32,000 bases of DNA from Synechococcus elongatus PCC 6301 (GTDB lineage: Bacteria > Cyanobacteriota > Cyanobacteriia > Synechococcales > Synechococcaceae): assembly GCF_000010065.1 (NCBI RefSeq), contig NC_006576.1, forward strand, positions 2,640,001 through 2,672,000. The letters are read 5' to 3'. The notes beneath the pieces were generated by a model, which did not search any database, was not told the DNA's origin, and saw only the letters and a program-made list of their open reading frames with translations. This document shows, piece after piece, positions 20,757 through 30,953 of this stretch (position 1 is its first letter; each line of letters begins with the position of its first letter). The position numbers were made by a program, and so were the translations under genes.

Positions 20757-21965
20757 GTGAAAGCAGTGACACTGCTCGGTTCAACCGGCTCGATCGGGAC
20801 ACAAACCCTAGACATTCTTGAGCAGTATCCCGATCGCTTTCGCCTCGTAGGGCTGGCGGCTGGTCGTAATGTGGCGCTGTTGTCGGAGCAAATTCGGCGG
20901 CACCGACCAGAGATTGTGGCGATTCAAGATGCAGCTCAGCTGTCGGAACTGCAAGCGGCGATCGCAGACCTTGATAATCCGCCGCTCATCCTGACCGGTG
21001 AGGCAGGTGTCACGGAAGTGGCTCGCTACGGTGATGCCGAGATTGTTGTCACTGGCATTGTCGGTTGCGCTGGTCTGCTACCCACGATCGCCGCGATCGA
21101 AGCCGGCAAGGATATCGCCCTTGCCAACAAAGAAACCCTGATTGCAGCAGGCCCAGTGGTCCTGCCACTCCTGCAAAAGCACGGTGTCACCATTACGCCT
21201 GCCGACTCCGAGCACTCCGCGATCTTTCAGTGCATCCAAGGGCTTTCAACCCATGCTGATTTTCGGCCTGCTCAAGTCGTGGCAGGGCTGCGACGGATTC
21301 TCCTGACTGCCAGTGGCGGCGCTTTTCGGGACTGGCCGGTCGAACGGCTGTCGCAAGTAACTGTCGCAGATGCGCTCAAGCATCCCAACTGGTCGATGGG
21401 GCGCAAGATTACCGTCGACTCCGCCACCTTGATGAATAAAGGCCTCGAGGTGATCGAAGCCCACTATCTCTTCGGCTTGGATTACGACTACATCGACATC
21501 GTCATCCATCCCCAGAGCATCATCCACTCGCTGATTGAGCTAGAAGATACCTCCGTCTTGGCGCAATTGGGCTGGCCGGATATGCGACTGCCCTTGCTCT
21601 ACGCCCTCTCCTGGCCCGATCGCCTCTCTACTCAATGGTCGGCGCTCGATCTGGTCAAAGCGGGCAGCTTGGAGTTCCGGGAACCGGATCACGCCAAATA
21701 CCCCTGCATGGACTTGGCCTACGCCGCCGGTCGCAAAGGCGGCACAATGCCAGCCGTCTTGAATGCGGCGAATGAGCAAGCCGTCGCCCTCTTCCTAGAG
21801 GAGCAAATTCACTTCTCGGATATTCCGCGCCTGATTGAACGTGCCTGCGATCGCCACCAAACGGAGTGGCAACAGCAACCGAGCTTGGATGACATTTTGG
21901 CCTACGACGCTTGGGCACGGCAGTTTGTGCAAGCTAGCTATCAAAGTCTGGAATCCGTCGTTTAG
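20757..21965 (+). CDS. dxr: 1-deoxy-D-xylulose-5-phosphate reductoisomerase
   Basis: 402 aa, GTG start: [85 protein letters not shown]. Confidence 0.96.
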
Positions 21966-21974
21966 GGCAGCAGC

Positions 21975-22574
21975 GTGGTCTATCGCTATCTGCTGTTTCA
22001 CAAGCCCTACGATGTGCTCTGCCAGTTCAGTCCAAGCGATCGCCCCGATCAGCAGACCCTGAAGGACTACATCGATGTGCCTGAGGTCTATCCGGTCGGT
22101 CGCCTCGATCGCGATAGTGAGGGGTTGTTACTACTGACCAACAATGGGGCACTGCAGCATCGTCTTTGCCATCCGCGCTTTGGTCACGATCGCACCTATT
22201 GGGTGCAAGTCGAACGGGAACCGACCGAGGCAGCGCTGCAGGCTCTGCGTCAAGGAGTGCAAATTCAGGATTATCGAACCCGCCCCGCCAAAGTGCAGCG
22301 ATTGGACGACCCTCAGATTCCCGAGCGGGACCCCCCGATTCGCTTCCGCAAAACCGTCCCGACGGCATGGCTGGCCCTGACTCTACAGGAAGGACGCAAT
22401 CGCCAAGTACGGCGGATGACCGCTGCAGTGGGCCATCCAACGCTACGCTTGATACGAGCAGCGATCGCTACCCATCCGGATCAACCACCCCTTCAGTTGC
22501 AGGGGCTCGCCCCCGGAACCTGGCGAGACTTAACGGCGATCGAGTGCCGTCGACTCGAATCCCTTCTACGATAG
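21975..22574 (+). CDS. 23S rRNA pseudouridine synthase, RsuA/RluE-like
   Basis: 199 aa, GTG start: YLLFHKPYDVLCQF, VYPVGRLDRDSEGLLLLTNNGALQHRLCHPRF, LQEGRNRQVRRMTAAVGHPTLRLIR. Confidence 0.88.
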   Translation: MVYRYLLFHKPYDVLCQFSPSDRPDQQTLKDYIDVPEVYPVGRLDRDSEGLLLLTNNGALQHRLCHPRFGHDRTYWVQVEREPTEAALQALRQGVQIQDYRTRPAKVQRLDDPQIPERDPPIRFRKTVPTAWLALTLQEGRNRQVRRMTAAVGHPTLRLIRAAIATHPDQPPLQLQGLAPGTWRDLTAIECRRLESLLR

Positions 22575-22615
22575 GCCTAGTTCCAAGGCTCTTTGCAAGG
22601 ACAGTGACAGCAGGC

Positions 22616-23515
22616 ATGAGTGAGTCAATTCCTGAATCTGAGGCGTCTTTTGTAGCTTCCGCCGATGAGCGGACGGCCATGCTCTCGTTGTCCCTGGCTC
22701 AAATGGAGGTGGCAGCCACGACTGATGTCGGGATGCGGCGCAGCCAAAACGAGGATTTCTACGTCTATCACTATCAGCTTGAACACCTCGAAACACCCTC
22801 GGGCACTTCTGTTCAAGCCAAAGGGCTGTTTGTGCTCTGTGATGGCATGGGCGGTCATGCTCGCGGCGAAATCGCCAGCTTGGAAGCGGCGCGGGTATTT
22901 AAGCAGCAAATCGAAGCCCAGTGGACGACAGAGCTGCCCAGTCGCGAGGCGTTGCGATCAGCAGTACTCGCGGCTAATCAAGCCCTGTTTGAACTGAATC
23001 AGGCCGCGGCCGTTTCCGGCAGCGATCGCATGGGAACGACCTTGGTGGCGATTCTTCTGCAAGGCACCAGAGTGGCGATCATCCACGTCGGTGACAGTCG
23101 CGCCTATCGCTATTCGCGGCTGACGGGGCTTGATCAGCTGACGCGCGATCATGAAGTCGGTCAGTTGGCGATCGCTCAAGGCGTTGATCCAGACGTTGCC
23201 TACGCCCGACCGGAAGCCCACCAGCTCACCCAAGCGCTGGGCCCACGCAACAACGATTGGCTAGATCCGGAAGTGCGCTTTCTGGAAGTTCGGGAGGACA
23301 CGGTCTTTCTGCTCTGTTCCGATGGCCTGTCGGACTTTGACCTCGTTGAAGAAGTAACTGAAACGCACGTTGCCCCGCTGCTGCAGACCCGGACGAGCCT
23401 GCAGTATGGCATCCAGCAATTGGTCGAAATCGCGAATGAAGCGGGAGGCCACGACAACATTACGGTGGTGGCGGTGCGGCTGCGCTTGCGCCCGCAACTG
23501 GGACCAGTGATTTAA
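22616..23515 (+). CDS. PP2C-family serine/threonine protein phosphatase
   Basis: 299 aa from the internal ATG 22616: TTDVGMRRSQNEDFYVY, LFVLCDGMGGHARGEIAS, VDSRAYRYS-type HVGDSRAYRY, FLLCSDGLSDF and AGGHDNITVVAVR. Confidence 0.9.
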   Translation: MSESIPESEASFVASADERTAMLSLSLAQMEVAATTDVGMRRSQNEDFYVYHYQLEHLETPSGTSVQAKGLFVLCDGMGGHARGEIASLEAARVFKQQIEAQWTTELPSREALRSAVLAANQALFELNQAAAVSGSDRMGTTLVAILLQGTRVAIIHVGDSRAYRYSRLTGLDQLTRDHEVGQLAIAQGVDPDVAYARPEAHQLTQALGPRNNDWLDPEVRFLEVREDTVFLLCSDGLSDFDLVEEVTETHVAPLLQTRTSLQYGIQQLVEIANEAGGHDNITVVAVRLRLRPQLGPVI

Positions 23516-23548
23516 GACGAGCAGCGTTCTCGGCTAACACTCCAGCCA

Positions 23549-24196
23549 TCAGATCGCTGAGCGGCTCGGCCAATGTAGGATCTGCCAGCGCCAGAGCGAG
23601 GTGTTCCAGCGATCTCTGCCTGCGGTATCCCAATCTTCATGGGCGAGACTCAGGTCGATCGCCCCTAGGAGTGGCCAGTCCAGTCCCCAACTGCGATCGC
23701 AGCCCAGAAGGGCAGCCAAGAGATGCTGCAGGAAACCGCCGTGGCTAATCACCCAAAGATCGGCCTCGGTGTGGATCAGCTGAGTGCAGACCTGCTCGGC
23801 TCGCATTCGACAGTCCGACAAAGTCTCTGCCTCGGGAATCGGTCGCCAGTGGCGATCGCGCAGCAATTGCTGACAGAGATCGGGATAGCGTTGTTCAGCC
23901 TCGGGCCAGGTCAGTCCGGTCAGGCAGCCCAAGTCTATTTCAGTCAGTGCCGGCTGCACCAACAGGGGAATGACAGGCGTCTGACCCTGACTGAGCGCGA
24001 TCGCGGTTTGCTGAGCACGCTGGAGGGGGCTTGTCCAAATGGCTTGGGGGCGCCAGCAGCAGGTCTGTTGCCACTGTTTGCCGAGTTGCTCCGCTTGAGT
24101 CAGGCCGTCAGCCGTCAGCGGCTGATCTTGGCGGCCCAGCATCCGTGCCTCGGCATTCCCGATCGCCTCAGCGTGGCGAATCAGCCGTAGTCGCAT
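23549..24196 (-). CDS. Histidine phosphatase superfamily (phosphoglycerate mutase-like) protein
   Basis: 215 aa: MRLRLIRHAEAIGNAEARMLGRQDQPLTADGLTQAEQLG (RHA/G motif), SPLQRAQQTA, and a second catalytic His in WVISHGGFLQ. Confidence 0.88.
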   Translation of the reverse strand: MRLRLIRHAEAIGNAEARMLGRQDQPLTADGLTQAEQLGKQWQQTCCWRPQAIWTSPLQRAQQTAIALSQGQTPVIPLLVQPALTEIDLGCLTGLTWPEAEQRYPDLCQQLLRDRHWRPIPEAETLSDCRMRAEQVCTQLIHTEADLWVISHGGFLQHLLAALLGCDRSWGLDWPLLGAIDLSLAHEDWDTAGRDRWNTSLWRWQILHWPSRSAI

Positions 24197-25547
24197 CGTC
24201 GGAAGGCTCCACAGGTAAAAAGACGGTGATCACCTCACTGGCTTGGGGCGATCGCCGTCGCACCGTCAGTTTGCCGCCCAGGGCTTGGAACAGGTTTTTG
24301 CTGACTTCCAATTTAAGGCTGAGGCTGCCGGTCTCGGGCTGTACCGTCAGCAGTTGTCCTAGCGATCGCGGGGCCGTGCGCGGTTGTTCACTGGGGTCGC
24401 TCACCAGCTCTGTGGCCGTCAAGCGGAGTTTGAGTTGAGCGCCGGCTAAGCTCACTACAATTTCGATCCGGCTACCCGCTGGTAGGTTGCGGGTGAAACG
24501 CTCTACCAAACTGGTCAAGGCCTGATCGAGCATGGTGGGATCGCTGACCACGGCCGGCATCCGTTCCGGCAACTGCAAATCGAGGGCTAAACTGCGGCGC
24601 TCTGCCTGTTTGCGCCAGCGCGGTACGGTTTCGGCAAACACCTCCGTCAGCGAGGTTCGCGCCAGCAAGAGGGCTTGAGACTCGCGGTTTTCTAGCTCAA
24701 CAGCCCGGAAGAAGAGACCAAAGCGATCGATTTGCTCTGAGCATTCCAAGTCGATCGCCTCTAGGCGCTTGCGGGCTTGGGCTGGCAGATCGACTCGCCG
24801 CAGCAACGATCGCGTCAGGGTGCGGATCGTGGCGAGAGGGGTCTTCACCTCATGGGCGATCGCCTGCAAGAGTTCTAAATCGGCGCCGACGGTTGAACGG
24901 TCGGGGCGATCGCTGACCTCTTCGGTCGAGGGGCGATCGCTAGCGGCCACAGTCGGCCATTGTTGGAGGACTGCCGCCCAAAAAGGCGCCCAAGTTTCCG
25001 CCACATTAGCCAGAGGCCGGAAGCGATGCAGGGCCCGAGCGAGTTCAGGCTGGAGGGCAGGAAAGTGATGGGCAGTGTGCTGCGCCAGTAACCGCACTGC
25101 TTCTGCCAGAACTTCGGGGGTTTGGCTGAAATAACAGCTGGGCTGACTGGGATAGGGGACCAAGATGACTAGAAAACTGAGGCGATCGCTCAGCACTAAG
25201 CAAAAGGGTTCTTGCAGCAGTGGATCGCCCAAGCTTAAGGGCAAGACCCGAGGCAAGGGCAGAGCGGCGGTGGGCTGGGTATTCCCTTGGGGCAACCCCA
25301 AACTCCCCTGCAAGCCTTCGGGCACCCAGAGCCAATGGTCTAGTCGTGATAAGTCACTCAGGAACGGCAGGGGCGCCGTCAATACAACCCCCGTTTCAAC
25401 CTCTGCCAGTTGCGATCGCAAAGCTTGCAGCATCGCCCACCAGGTTGGTTCTGCGGCACTACCGGCGATCGCCTGCAATTCTGCTGGCAGCAGCTGACTC
25501 AGCCCAGGAATTGTCGTTTCAATCAGTGGCGAAGATGGCACGCCCAA
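24168..25547 (-). CDS. Histidine kinase with intact H-box and apparently degenerate ATP-binding domain
   Basis: 459 aa with H-box AIAHEVKTPLATIRTLTRSLLRR. The C-terminal region aligns by eye to a HATPase domain but lacks clear N and G1/G2 boxes. It overlaps the downstream phosphatase start by 29 nt. Confidence 0.75.
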   Translation of the reverse strand: MGVPSSPLIETTIPGLSQLLPAELQAIAGSAAEPTWWAMLQALRSQLAEVETGVVLTAPLPFLSDLSRLDHWLWVPEGLQGSLGLPQGNTQPTAALPLPRVLPLSLGDPLLQEPFCLVLSDRLSFLVILVPYPSQPSCYFSQTPEVLAEAVRLLAQHTAHHFPALQPELARALHRFRPLANVAETWAPFWAAVLQQWPTVAASDRPSTEEVSDRPDRSTVGADLELLQAIAHEVKTPLATIRTLTRSLLRRVDLPAQARKRLEAIDLECSEQIDRFGLFFRAVELENRESQALLLARTSLTEVFAETVPRWRKQAERRSLALDLQLPERMPAVVSDPTMLDQALTSLVERFTRNLPAGSRIEIVVSLAGAQLKLRLTATELVSDPSEQPRTAPRSLGQLLTVQPETGSLSLKLEVSKNLFQALGGKLTVRRRSPQASEVITVFLPVEPSDDATTADSPR

Positions 25548-25851
25548 GAAGTTACAAAGGTCCTTTGCCTAGGTCAAAAGGGGCGGTCAGCCCAGCCCTC
25601 CTTGAGCTTATCCCCTCTGTCATGCTGCCGCGATGATTCTACTGATTACGGTTGAAGTGATGGCTGGCGATCGCGAATCGATCTGGACTGCCGACTGTTC
25701 AAGGAGCATCAGGCACCGGAGCTACGGTCAAGCTGATCCGTCTGGAAAGACGCTCAACCCGAGAGAATAGGAAGGCTGTCGCGAAGACAGCTCGACTGGC
25801 AACTGGATTGGGTGCTCACCACCCGTCGCCCTGAGAGGTTGTAAGACCCGC

Positions 25852-28152
25852 TTGCTACGGCCCACTGCACAACAACAGGCTGTGATTGATCACGAGCAGG
25901 GACGCGCTGTTGTCGTGGCAGTGGCTGGTGCTGGCAAAACCACCACGATTGCGCGGCGGATTGGCCGCTTGGTGCATCAAGTGGAAGTACCGCCTGGGCG
26001 GATTCTGGCGACAACTTTTAACCGCTATGCCAGGGGGCAAATCCGCGAAAAGCTCAACCAGCTAGCGGTGCCTGTCGGTGTGGCGGTGCGGACTCTCCAC
26101 GCGCTGGCGCAACAAATCCTCAAGTTGGAAGCCGATCCTTGGCCTTTGGCCGCCGATGGGGAGATGCGACGGCTGTTCTACGACATGCAGTCGGCGATTC
26201 GCCAGGGACGGCTCGATCTGTCGCTGGATCTGAGCAGTCATGAGCAACGGCAAATTGCAGACCTGAATGAGGAGAGCTTCCTCAACTATCTAGGCTATCT
26301 CAAGGGCGATCTGCGCTTCAGTGCTTGGCAATTTGAACAGCTACCAACCCATCTGCAAACGGTTGCCACGCTGGAAGTGTGGCCCGAGTCGCAACGCTGG
26401 CTCAACGTTTGTGTTGACGCCTTTGAGCAATGCCGCCAAGAGGCACGGTTGCGTAGTTTTGATGATCTGTTAGTCGATGCCTGCCGTTTGCTCTGTGCAG
26501 ATATGGGGATTCGGGAGCGAGTGCGATCGCGCTTTGATTTCCTGATCGTTGATGAATATCAAGACATCAATCGCGCCCAGAACCTGATTATTTCGGTTCT
26601 GGATGAAGCCCAGCAAAACTTGATGGTGGTTGGGGATGATGACCAGACAATCTACGAATGGCGCGGTGCCCGTCCCCAGTTGATTTTGGATAAATTGCGC
26701 GATCGCCAGTGGGTGCAGTACACCCTCGATCGCAACTTTCGATCGCGCGCGCCCCAGCTCCTGCTGGCCAATGCCCTGATTCGCCACAATCGCCTGCGAT
26801 CGCCCAAGCAATTGCAGGGAACAAAGGCTTGGCAACATCATTGCGAGTGGCGATCGTTTCCCTCAGGTTCCGATCAAGCAGCGGCGATTGCCGAGCAAAT
26901 TCTCGAATACCGCGATCGCGGCAAGCCCTTGGCAGAAATGGTGATTTTGATTCGCACCTATGCCCAAACACCGCTGATAGAACAACAACTGATTGCAGCG
27001 CAACTGCCCTACGTCATCCCTGGCAGTCAGCCTTTTTATCTGCGGCGAGAAGTCAAACTGCTGCTAGCTTACTTGGAGTTTGCCGAAGCAGAGCGCAACC
27101 GTGTTCAGAATGGTCTGACGCCAGCAACCCGCGATCGCTACGACCAGTTATTCCGCGAAACATCAAGTCGTCCGAGCCGCTACCTGAAACGACCGGAGCT
27201 GCTCTCGATGCTCCAAGAAGCCTTGGACAATCCCCATTTGCCCTTGGCCACGATCATCAGTCAACGCTGTCGCGATCGCTTGGGCCGCAACCGATCGCTG
27301 CAACGCTGGTTGGATTACCTCGGCTGGGTCTTGGGGGCTCAACCCAGTTCTGCTGCTGCCGCGATCGCCAAAATTGAGCAGCTCATCGACCTGCGGCGCT
27401 GGATCATCGACAGCGATATCTCGCCGGAGAGCGGGGCCCAGAAAGCCTTGATTATCGACGCCTTACAAGCCTTCGCGGGCGATCGTGCGGTTCAGAGTTG
27501 GCTGCAGGAAATGGCAGCATTGCAAGAGCAGCCTCCCTTGTCCGACGAAGCCAGCGGCGTCAATCTGCTGACAGTGTTCAAAGCCAAGGGGCTGGAGTGG
27601 GACACCGTTTTCATCCCCGACTTAGATGCCGGTATTTATCCTTTTGGCTCTAGTCGCGAGAGTGAATCTGGCCCCGGGCGCAACAGCTTCGACCCGCTTT
27701 CAGAAGTCGCCCTCGATCGCAGCTTGCAGGAAGAAGAGCGCCGCATTTTGTACGTGGCTTTAACGCGCTCGATCAACAATCTGCACCTGTCTTCTGCCAC
27801 TAATCAGCGATCGCCTTTTTTGCAAGAAGCGCAAATCAGCAAGATCCAAACGCGCCTGCCACGATTGCGAGCCCTTGCGACTGGTCAACTCCAACAACTC
27901 AATGATCGCCAGCGCAATCAACTAATTCATATCGATCTCGCGTTCTGTGCCCAGCAACGTCTGCATGAAGTGTTGGTCACTAGCCTGCGCAAGCTGCCTC
28001 CCCCAGCGATCGCCCAGCACTGTCACACGGTTCAACAGTGGATTCAGGACGCCATCGAGAGCGATCGCCCACCGCTGAAGTCTGATTTAATCCAGCAGTT
28101 TTGGGCTGAGATCACGGCTGAACTCAGTGCAGAGTTGATTAGTTCGCATTGA
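25852..28152 (+). CDS. UvrD/Rep/PcrA-like superfamily 1 ATP-dependent DNA helicase
   Basis: 766 aa: Q-motif LRPTAQQQAVID, Walker A VAVAGAGKTTTIARRI, Walker B FLIVDEYQDINRAQ, VVGDDDQTIYEWRGA, LDRNFRS, and C-terminal VNLLTVFKAKGLEWDTVFIPDL. Start probably TTG. Confidence 0.9.
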   Translation: MLRPTAQQQAVIDHEQGRAVVVAVAGAGKTTTIARRIGRLVHQVEVPPGRILATTFNRYARGQIREKLNQLAVPVGVAVRTLHALAQQILKLEADPWPLAADGEMRRLFYDMQSAIRQGRLDLSLDLSSHEQRQIADLNEESFLNYLGYLKGDLRFSAWQFEQLPTHLQTVATLEVWPESQRWLNVCVDAFEQCRQEARLRSFDDLLVDACRLLCADMGIRERVRSRFDFLIVDEYQDINRAQNLIISVLDEAQQNLMVVGDDDQTIYEWRGARPQLILDKLRDRQWVQYTLDRNFRSRAPQLLLANALIRHNRLRSPKQLQGTKAWQHHCEWRSFPSGSDQAAAIAEQILEYRDRGKPLAEMVILIRTYAQTPLIEQQLIAAQLPYVIPGSQPFYLRREVKLLLAYLEFAEAERNRVQNGLTPATRDRYDQLFRETSSRPSRYLKRPELLSMLQEALDNPHLPLATIISQRCRDRLGRNRSLQRWLDYLGWVLGAQPSSAAAAIAKIEQLIDLRRWIIDSDISPESGAQKALIIDALQAFAGDRAVQSWLQEMAALQEQPPLSDEASGVNLLTVFKAKGLEWDTVFIPDLDAGIYPFGSSRESESGPGRNSFDPLSEVALDRSLQEEERRILYVALTRSINNLHLSSATNQRSPFLQEAQISKIQTRLPRLRALATGQLQQLNDRQRNQLIHIDLAFCAQQRLHEVLVTSLRKLPPPAIAQHCHTVQQWIQDAIESDRPPLKSDLIQQFWAEITAELSAELISSH

Positions 28153-28200
28153 TTGGGAAGGCGCAGCGGAACCCAGCAGCTCCGCAAGCGATCGCCCGTT

Positions 28201-29505
28201 CTAGCGATCCAAAGATTGCTGGCGCAGCCGCACCGATTCGGCGTGGGATTCCAGACCCTCCGCCGTCGCCAGCACATCCACCGCTCGTGCCACCCGTTGC
28301 AAGGAAGCCGCTGTGTACTCAATCAGGCTGGAGGACTTGAGGAAGGTTTCCACACTCAGGGCTGAGGCATAACGAGCGGCCCCGGAGGTTGGCAGGGTGT
28401 GGTTGGGCCCCGCCACATAGTCGCCGATCGCTTCTGGTGTTAGAGAACCAAGGAAGATCGCCCCCGCATGGCGAACCTGCTCCACCAGGGCCCATGGATC
28501 TTCGACTTCCAGTTCCAGGTGCTCGGGCGCAAACTGATTCGAGAGTTTGACCGCTGTCTCCAGCGAGTCCACCACAATCGCAAGGCCGTAGTGGGCGATC
28601 GCTTTTTCGGTGACCAATCGGCGCGGATGATCCTGCAGCTGCCGCTCAACTTCAAAGCCGACCTGCGTCGCTAGCTCCAGATCGGGCGTAATCAGAATTG
28701 CTGCGGCGAGCGGATCATGTTCGGCCTGCGCCAAGAGATCAGCTGCTACCCAGCGCGGATTAGCACTGCGATCGGCAATGATCAACACCTCAGATGGTCC
28801 GGCTAGGGAATCGATCCCGACGGTGCCGTAAACCAGTTTCTTAGCCAGCGTCACATAGATGTTGCCGGGGCCGCTGATCACGTCGACTTTGGGAATCGTT
28901 GCGGTGCCGTAGGCCAAGGCTGCGATCGCCTGGGCTCCACCGACTCGGTAAATCTCTTCAATGCCCGCCTCTTGTGCAGCCACCAACACGGCCGGATTCA
29001 AGCTGCCATCAGGTCCTGGCGGCGTGGTGATCACAACCCGTTCGACCCCTGCAACCTTGGCGGGAACCGCATTCATCAGCACAGTGCTGGGATAAGCAGC
29101 GCGCCCCCCCGGGACGTAGAGACCAGCGCGATCGACGGGGGTGTAGCGCTTGCCGAGGACTTCGCCATCAGCGCCAAACTGCACCCAGCTTTTGGGCACC
29201 CGCTGGCGGTGAAAGGCTTCAATTTGATGGTGGGCAAGACGAATCGCGTCGAGGAGCTCCTTCGGGATCTGCTGATAGGCCGCATCTAGCTCTGCGCCAC
29301 TGACTCGCAGGTTCTCGGCCTGCAGTGCAAAACCATCAAATTCTTGGGTGAATTCAATCAGAGCGGCATCGCCGCGTCGCTGGACCGCTTGGACAATTTC
29401 CCGGACGCTCGCTTCGCGATGGACGACGGCATCATCATGGGTGCGATCGCAGATGCGCTCAAGTTCTGCCTGAGCTTCAGCGAGGTGAGAAACAATTCGC
29501 AGCAT
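28201..29505 (-). CDS. hisD: Histidinol dehydrogenase
   Basis: From MLRIVSHL: GRAAYPSTVLMNAVPAKVAGV, GAQAIAALAYGTATIPKVDVISGPGNIYVTLAKKLVYG, GIDSLAGPSEVLIIAD, and C-terminal GPNHTLPTSGAARYASALSVETFLK. Confidence 0.96.
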   Translation of the reverse strand: MLRIVSHLAEAQAELERICDRTHDDAVVHREASVREIVQAVQRRGDAALIEFTQEFDGFALQAENLRVSGAELDAAYQQIPKELLDAIRLAHHQIEAFHRQRVPKSWVQFGADGEVLGKRYTPVDRAGLYVPGGRAAYPSTVLMNAVPAKVAGVERVVITTPPGPDGSLNPAVLVAAQEAGIEEIYRVGGAQAIAALAYGTATIPKVDVISGPGNIYVTLAKKLVYGTVGIDSLAGPSEVLIIADRSANPRWVAADLLAQAEHDPLAAAILITPDLELATQVGFEVERQLQDHPRRLVTEKAIAHYGLAIVVDSLETAVKLSNQFAPEHLELEVEDPWALVEQVRHAGAIFLGSLTPEAIGDYVAGPNHTLPTSGAARYASALSVETFLKSSSLIEYTAASLQRVARAVDVLATAEGLESHAESVRLRQQSLDR

Positions 29506-29661
29506 GACCCCATCCAGCAGCGGAACCCAGAATGACAAGGGCTCTCGAAGGACGAAACAGTCCTAAACCTTGAGCCCGAAAGTCCTTTCAGCTTATCGCG
29601 AGTCCCGATTGGGCGGCTCTGTTGCAGCCGAACTGCGAGATCAGCAGAATTGTATGAAACC

Positions 29662-29670
29662 TGATATGAT
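29662..29670 (+). promoter_or_regulatory. Candidate extended -10 promoter for rpsT
   Basis: TGATATGAT matches TGnTATAAT at 8 of 9 scored/free positions. It lies about 41 bp upstream of the rpsT start, with no good -35. Confidence 0.4.
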
Positions 29671-29710
29671 CGTTGACTGTGCGATCTACAACAGACGGAT
29701 TTTCTGAGCT

Positions 29711-30007
29711 GTGGCTAATATCAAGTCTGCCATCAAACGTGTCCAGATCGCGGAGCGCAACCGCCTCCGCAACAAGGCCTACAAGTCAGCAGTTAAAACG
29801 CTGGTCAAACACTGCTTTACGGCCTTCGACGCCTATGCGGCAGACCCCAACGAAACGGCCCGCCAAGCAGTGAACGAACGCCTCTCGGCGGCCTACAGCA
29901 AAATCGACAAAGCAGTGAAGCGCGGCGTCTTGCATGCCAATACCGGTGCGCGTAAAAAAGCTCGCCTTGCTAAAGCCTTCCACCTGAAGGTTGACCCCCA
30001 GGCCTAG
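29711..30007 (+). CDS. rpsT: 30S ribosomal protein S20
   Basis: 98 aa, GTG start: [31 protein letters not shown]. Confidence 0.95.
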   Translation: MANIKSAIKRVQIAERNRLRNKAYKSAVKTLVKHCFTAFDAYAADPNETARQAVNERLSAAYSKIDKAVKRGVLHANTGARKKARLAKAFHLKVDPQA

Positions 30008-30073
30008 ACTGCGATCGACCCTCACTGTAGGGCTATTGCTGTTCACTGTTGCTGGGATTGTCGACCTCACTCA

Positions 30074-30871
30074 ATGCAGCTCGTCGATACTCACGTTCAC
30101 CTCAATTTCGACTGCTTCGCGGCAGAACTCGATGCCGTAGCAGACCAATGGCGCCAAGCGGGTGTAGCTCGCTTGGTGCATTCCTGTGTCACGCCGGCGG
30201 AATTTCCGGAACTCCAAGCCATCGCCGATCGCTTCCCGGAAGTGTCGTTGGCGGTGGGCCTGCATCCCCTTGATGTAGAGCTTTGGCAGGATGGCACGGC
30301 AACTGAAATTGAAGCGTTAGCGCGGTCTGATCAACGAGTCGTGGCGATCGGCGAAACGGGTTTGGACTTTTTCAAGTCCGAAGACCATGTGCGTCAATAC
30401 GCCGCTGTAGAAGCCCAGTTGGCGATCGCGCGATCGCTGGATCTGCCGGTAATTTTGCATTGCCGAGAGGCGGCTGCCGCCATGGCGGCTGTTTTGCGAT
30501 CGCAGCAGTCTCAGCCCGGTACCCTGCGAGGGGTGATGCATTGCTGGGGCGGCACGCCGGAGGAAACCCGCTGGTTTCTCGATCTTGGCTTCTACGTCAG
30601 CTTCAGTGGCACCCTCACCTTTGGCAAAGCAGAGACAATTCGCGACTCTGCCCGCCTTGTCCCCAGCGATCGCCTACTGATTGAAACGGATTGCCCGTCT
30701 CTTGCGCCGGTTCCCAAACGGGGCAAGCGCAACGAACCCGCTTTCGTCCAGCATGTGGCGGCTCGTATGTCTGAAGTTCGCTCTGAACCCCTTGAGGCGA
30801 TCGCGGCAACCACCACCCGCAACGCCTTCGACCTGTTCCGTTTACCGACCGCTCTACCGCAAGTTGCTTAA
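30074..30871 (+). CDS. TatD family deoxyribonuclease / metal-dependent hydrolase
   Basis: 265 aa: [56 protein letters not shown] and [29 protein letters not shown]. Confidence 0.93.
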   Translation: MQLVDTHVHLNFDCFAAELDAVADQWRQAGVARLVHSCVTPAEFPELQAIADRFPEVSLAVGLHPLDVELWQDGTATEIEALARSDQRVVAIGETGLDFFKSEDHVRQYAAVEAQLAIARSLDLPVILHCREAAAAMAAVLRSQQSQPGTLRGVMHCWGGTPEETRWFLDLGFYVSFSGTLTFGKAETIRDSARLVPSDRLLIETDCPSLAPVPKRGKRNEPAFVQHVAARMSEVRSEPLEAIAATTTRNAFDLFRLPTALPQVA

Positions 30872-30893
30872 ATTCTTAAGCGATCGGCAAGGG

Positions 30894-30921
30894 TTGTCAA
30901 AGACCGTTACAATTGTAGATT
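30894..30921 (+). promoter_or_regulatory. Candidate promoter for rpoB
   Basis: TTGTCA (30894-30899), 16 nt spacer, TAGATT (30916-30921), 32 bp before the ATG. Confidence 0.3.
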
Positions 30922-30953
30922 CGCGCTTCGGCGCTAAACGACCGAGGAGACGC

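Noticed and set aside
22027-22440. 137 aa minus-strand ORF in the pseudouridine synthase gene
   Set aside because: It is antisense to a confidently identified CDS with intact catalytic motif GRLDRDSEG.
26709-27377. 222 aa alternative-frame ORF inside the helicase gene
   Set aside because: It lies within the well-supported helicase CDS, is Ser/Arg/Pro-rich, and has no motif. It is a typical shadow ORF.
25852-28152. UvrD-like helicase as part of a Gabija- or similar defence pair
   Set aside because: The adjacent genes are a histidine kinase (divergent) and hisD (convergent). There is no OLD/TOPRIM nuclease, so a general repair helicase is the simpler call.
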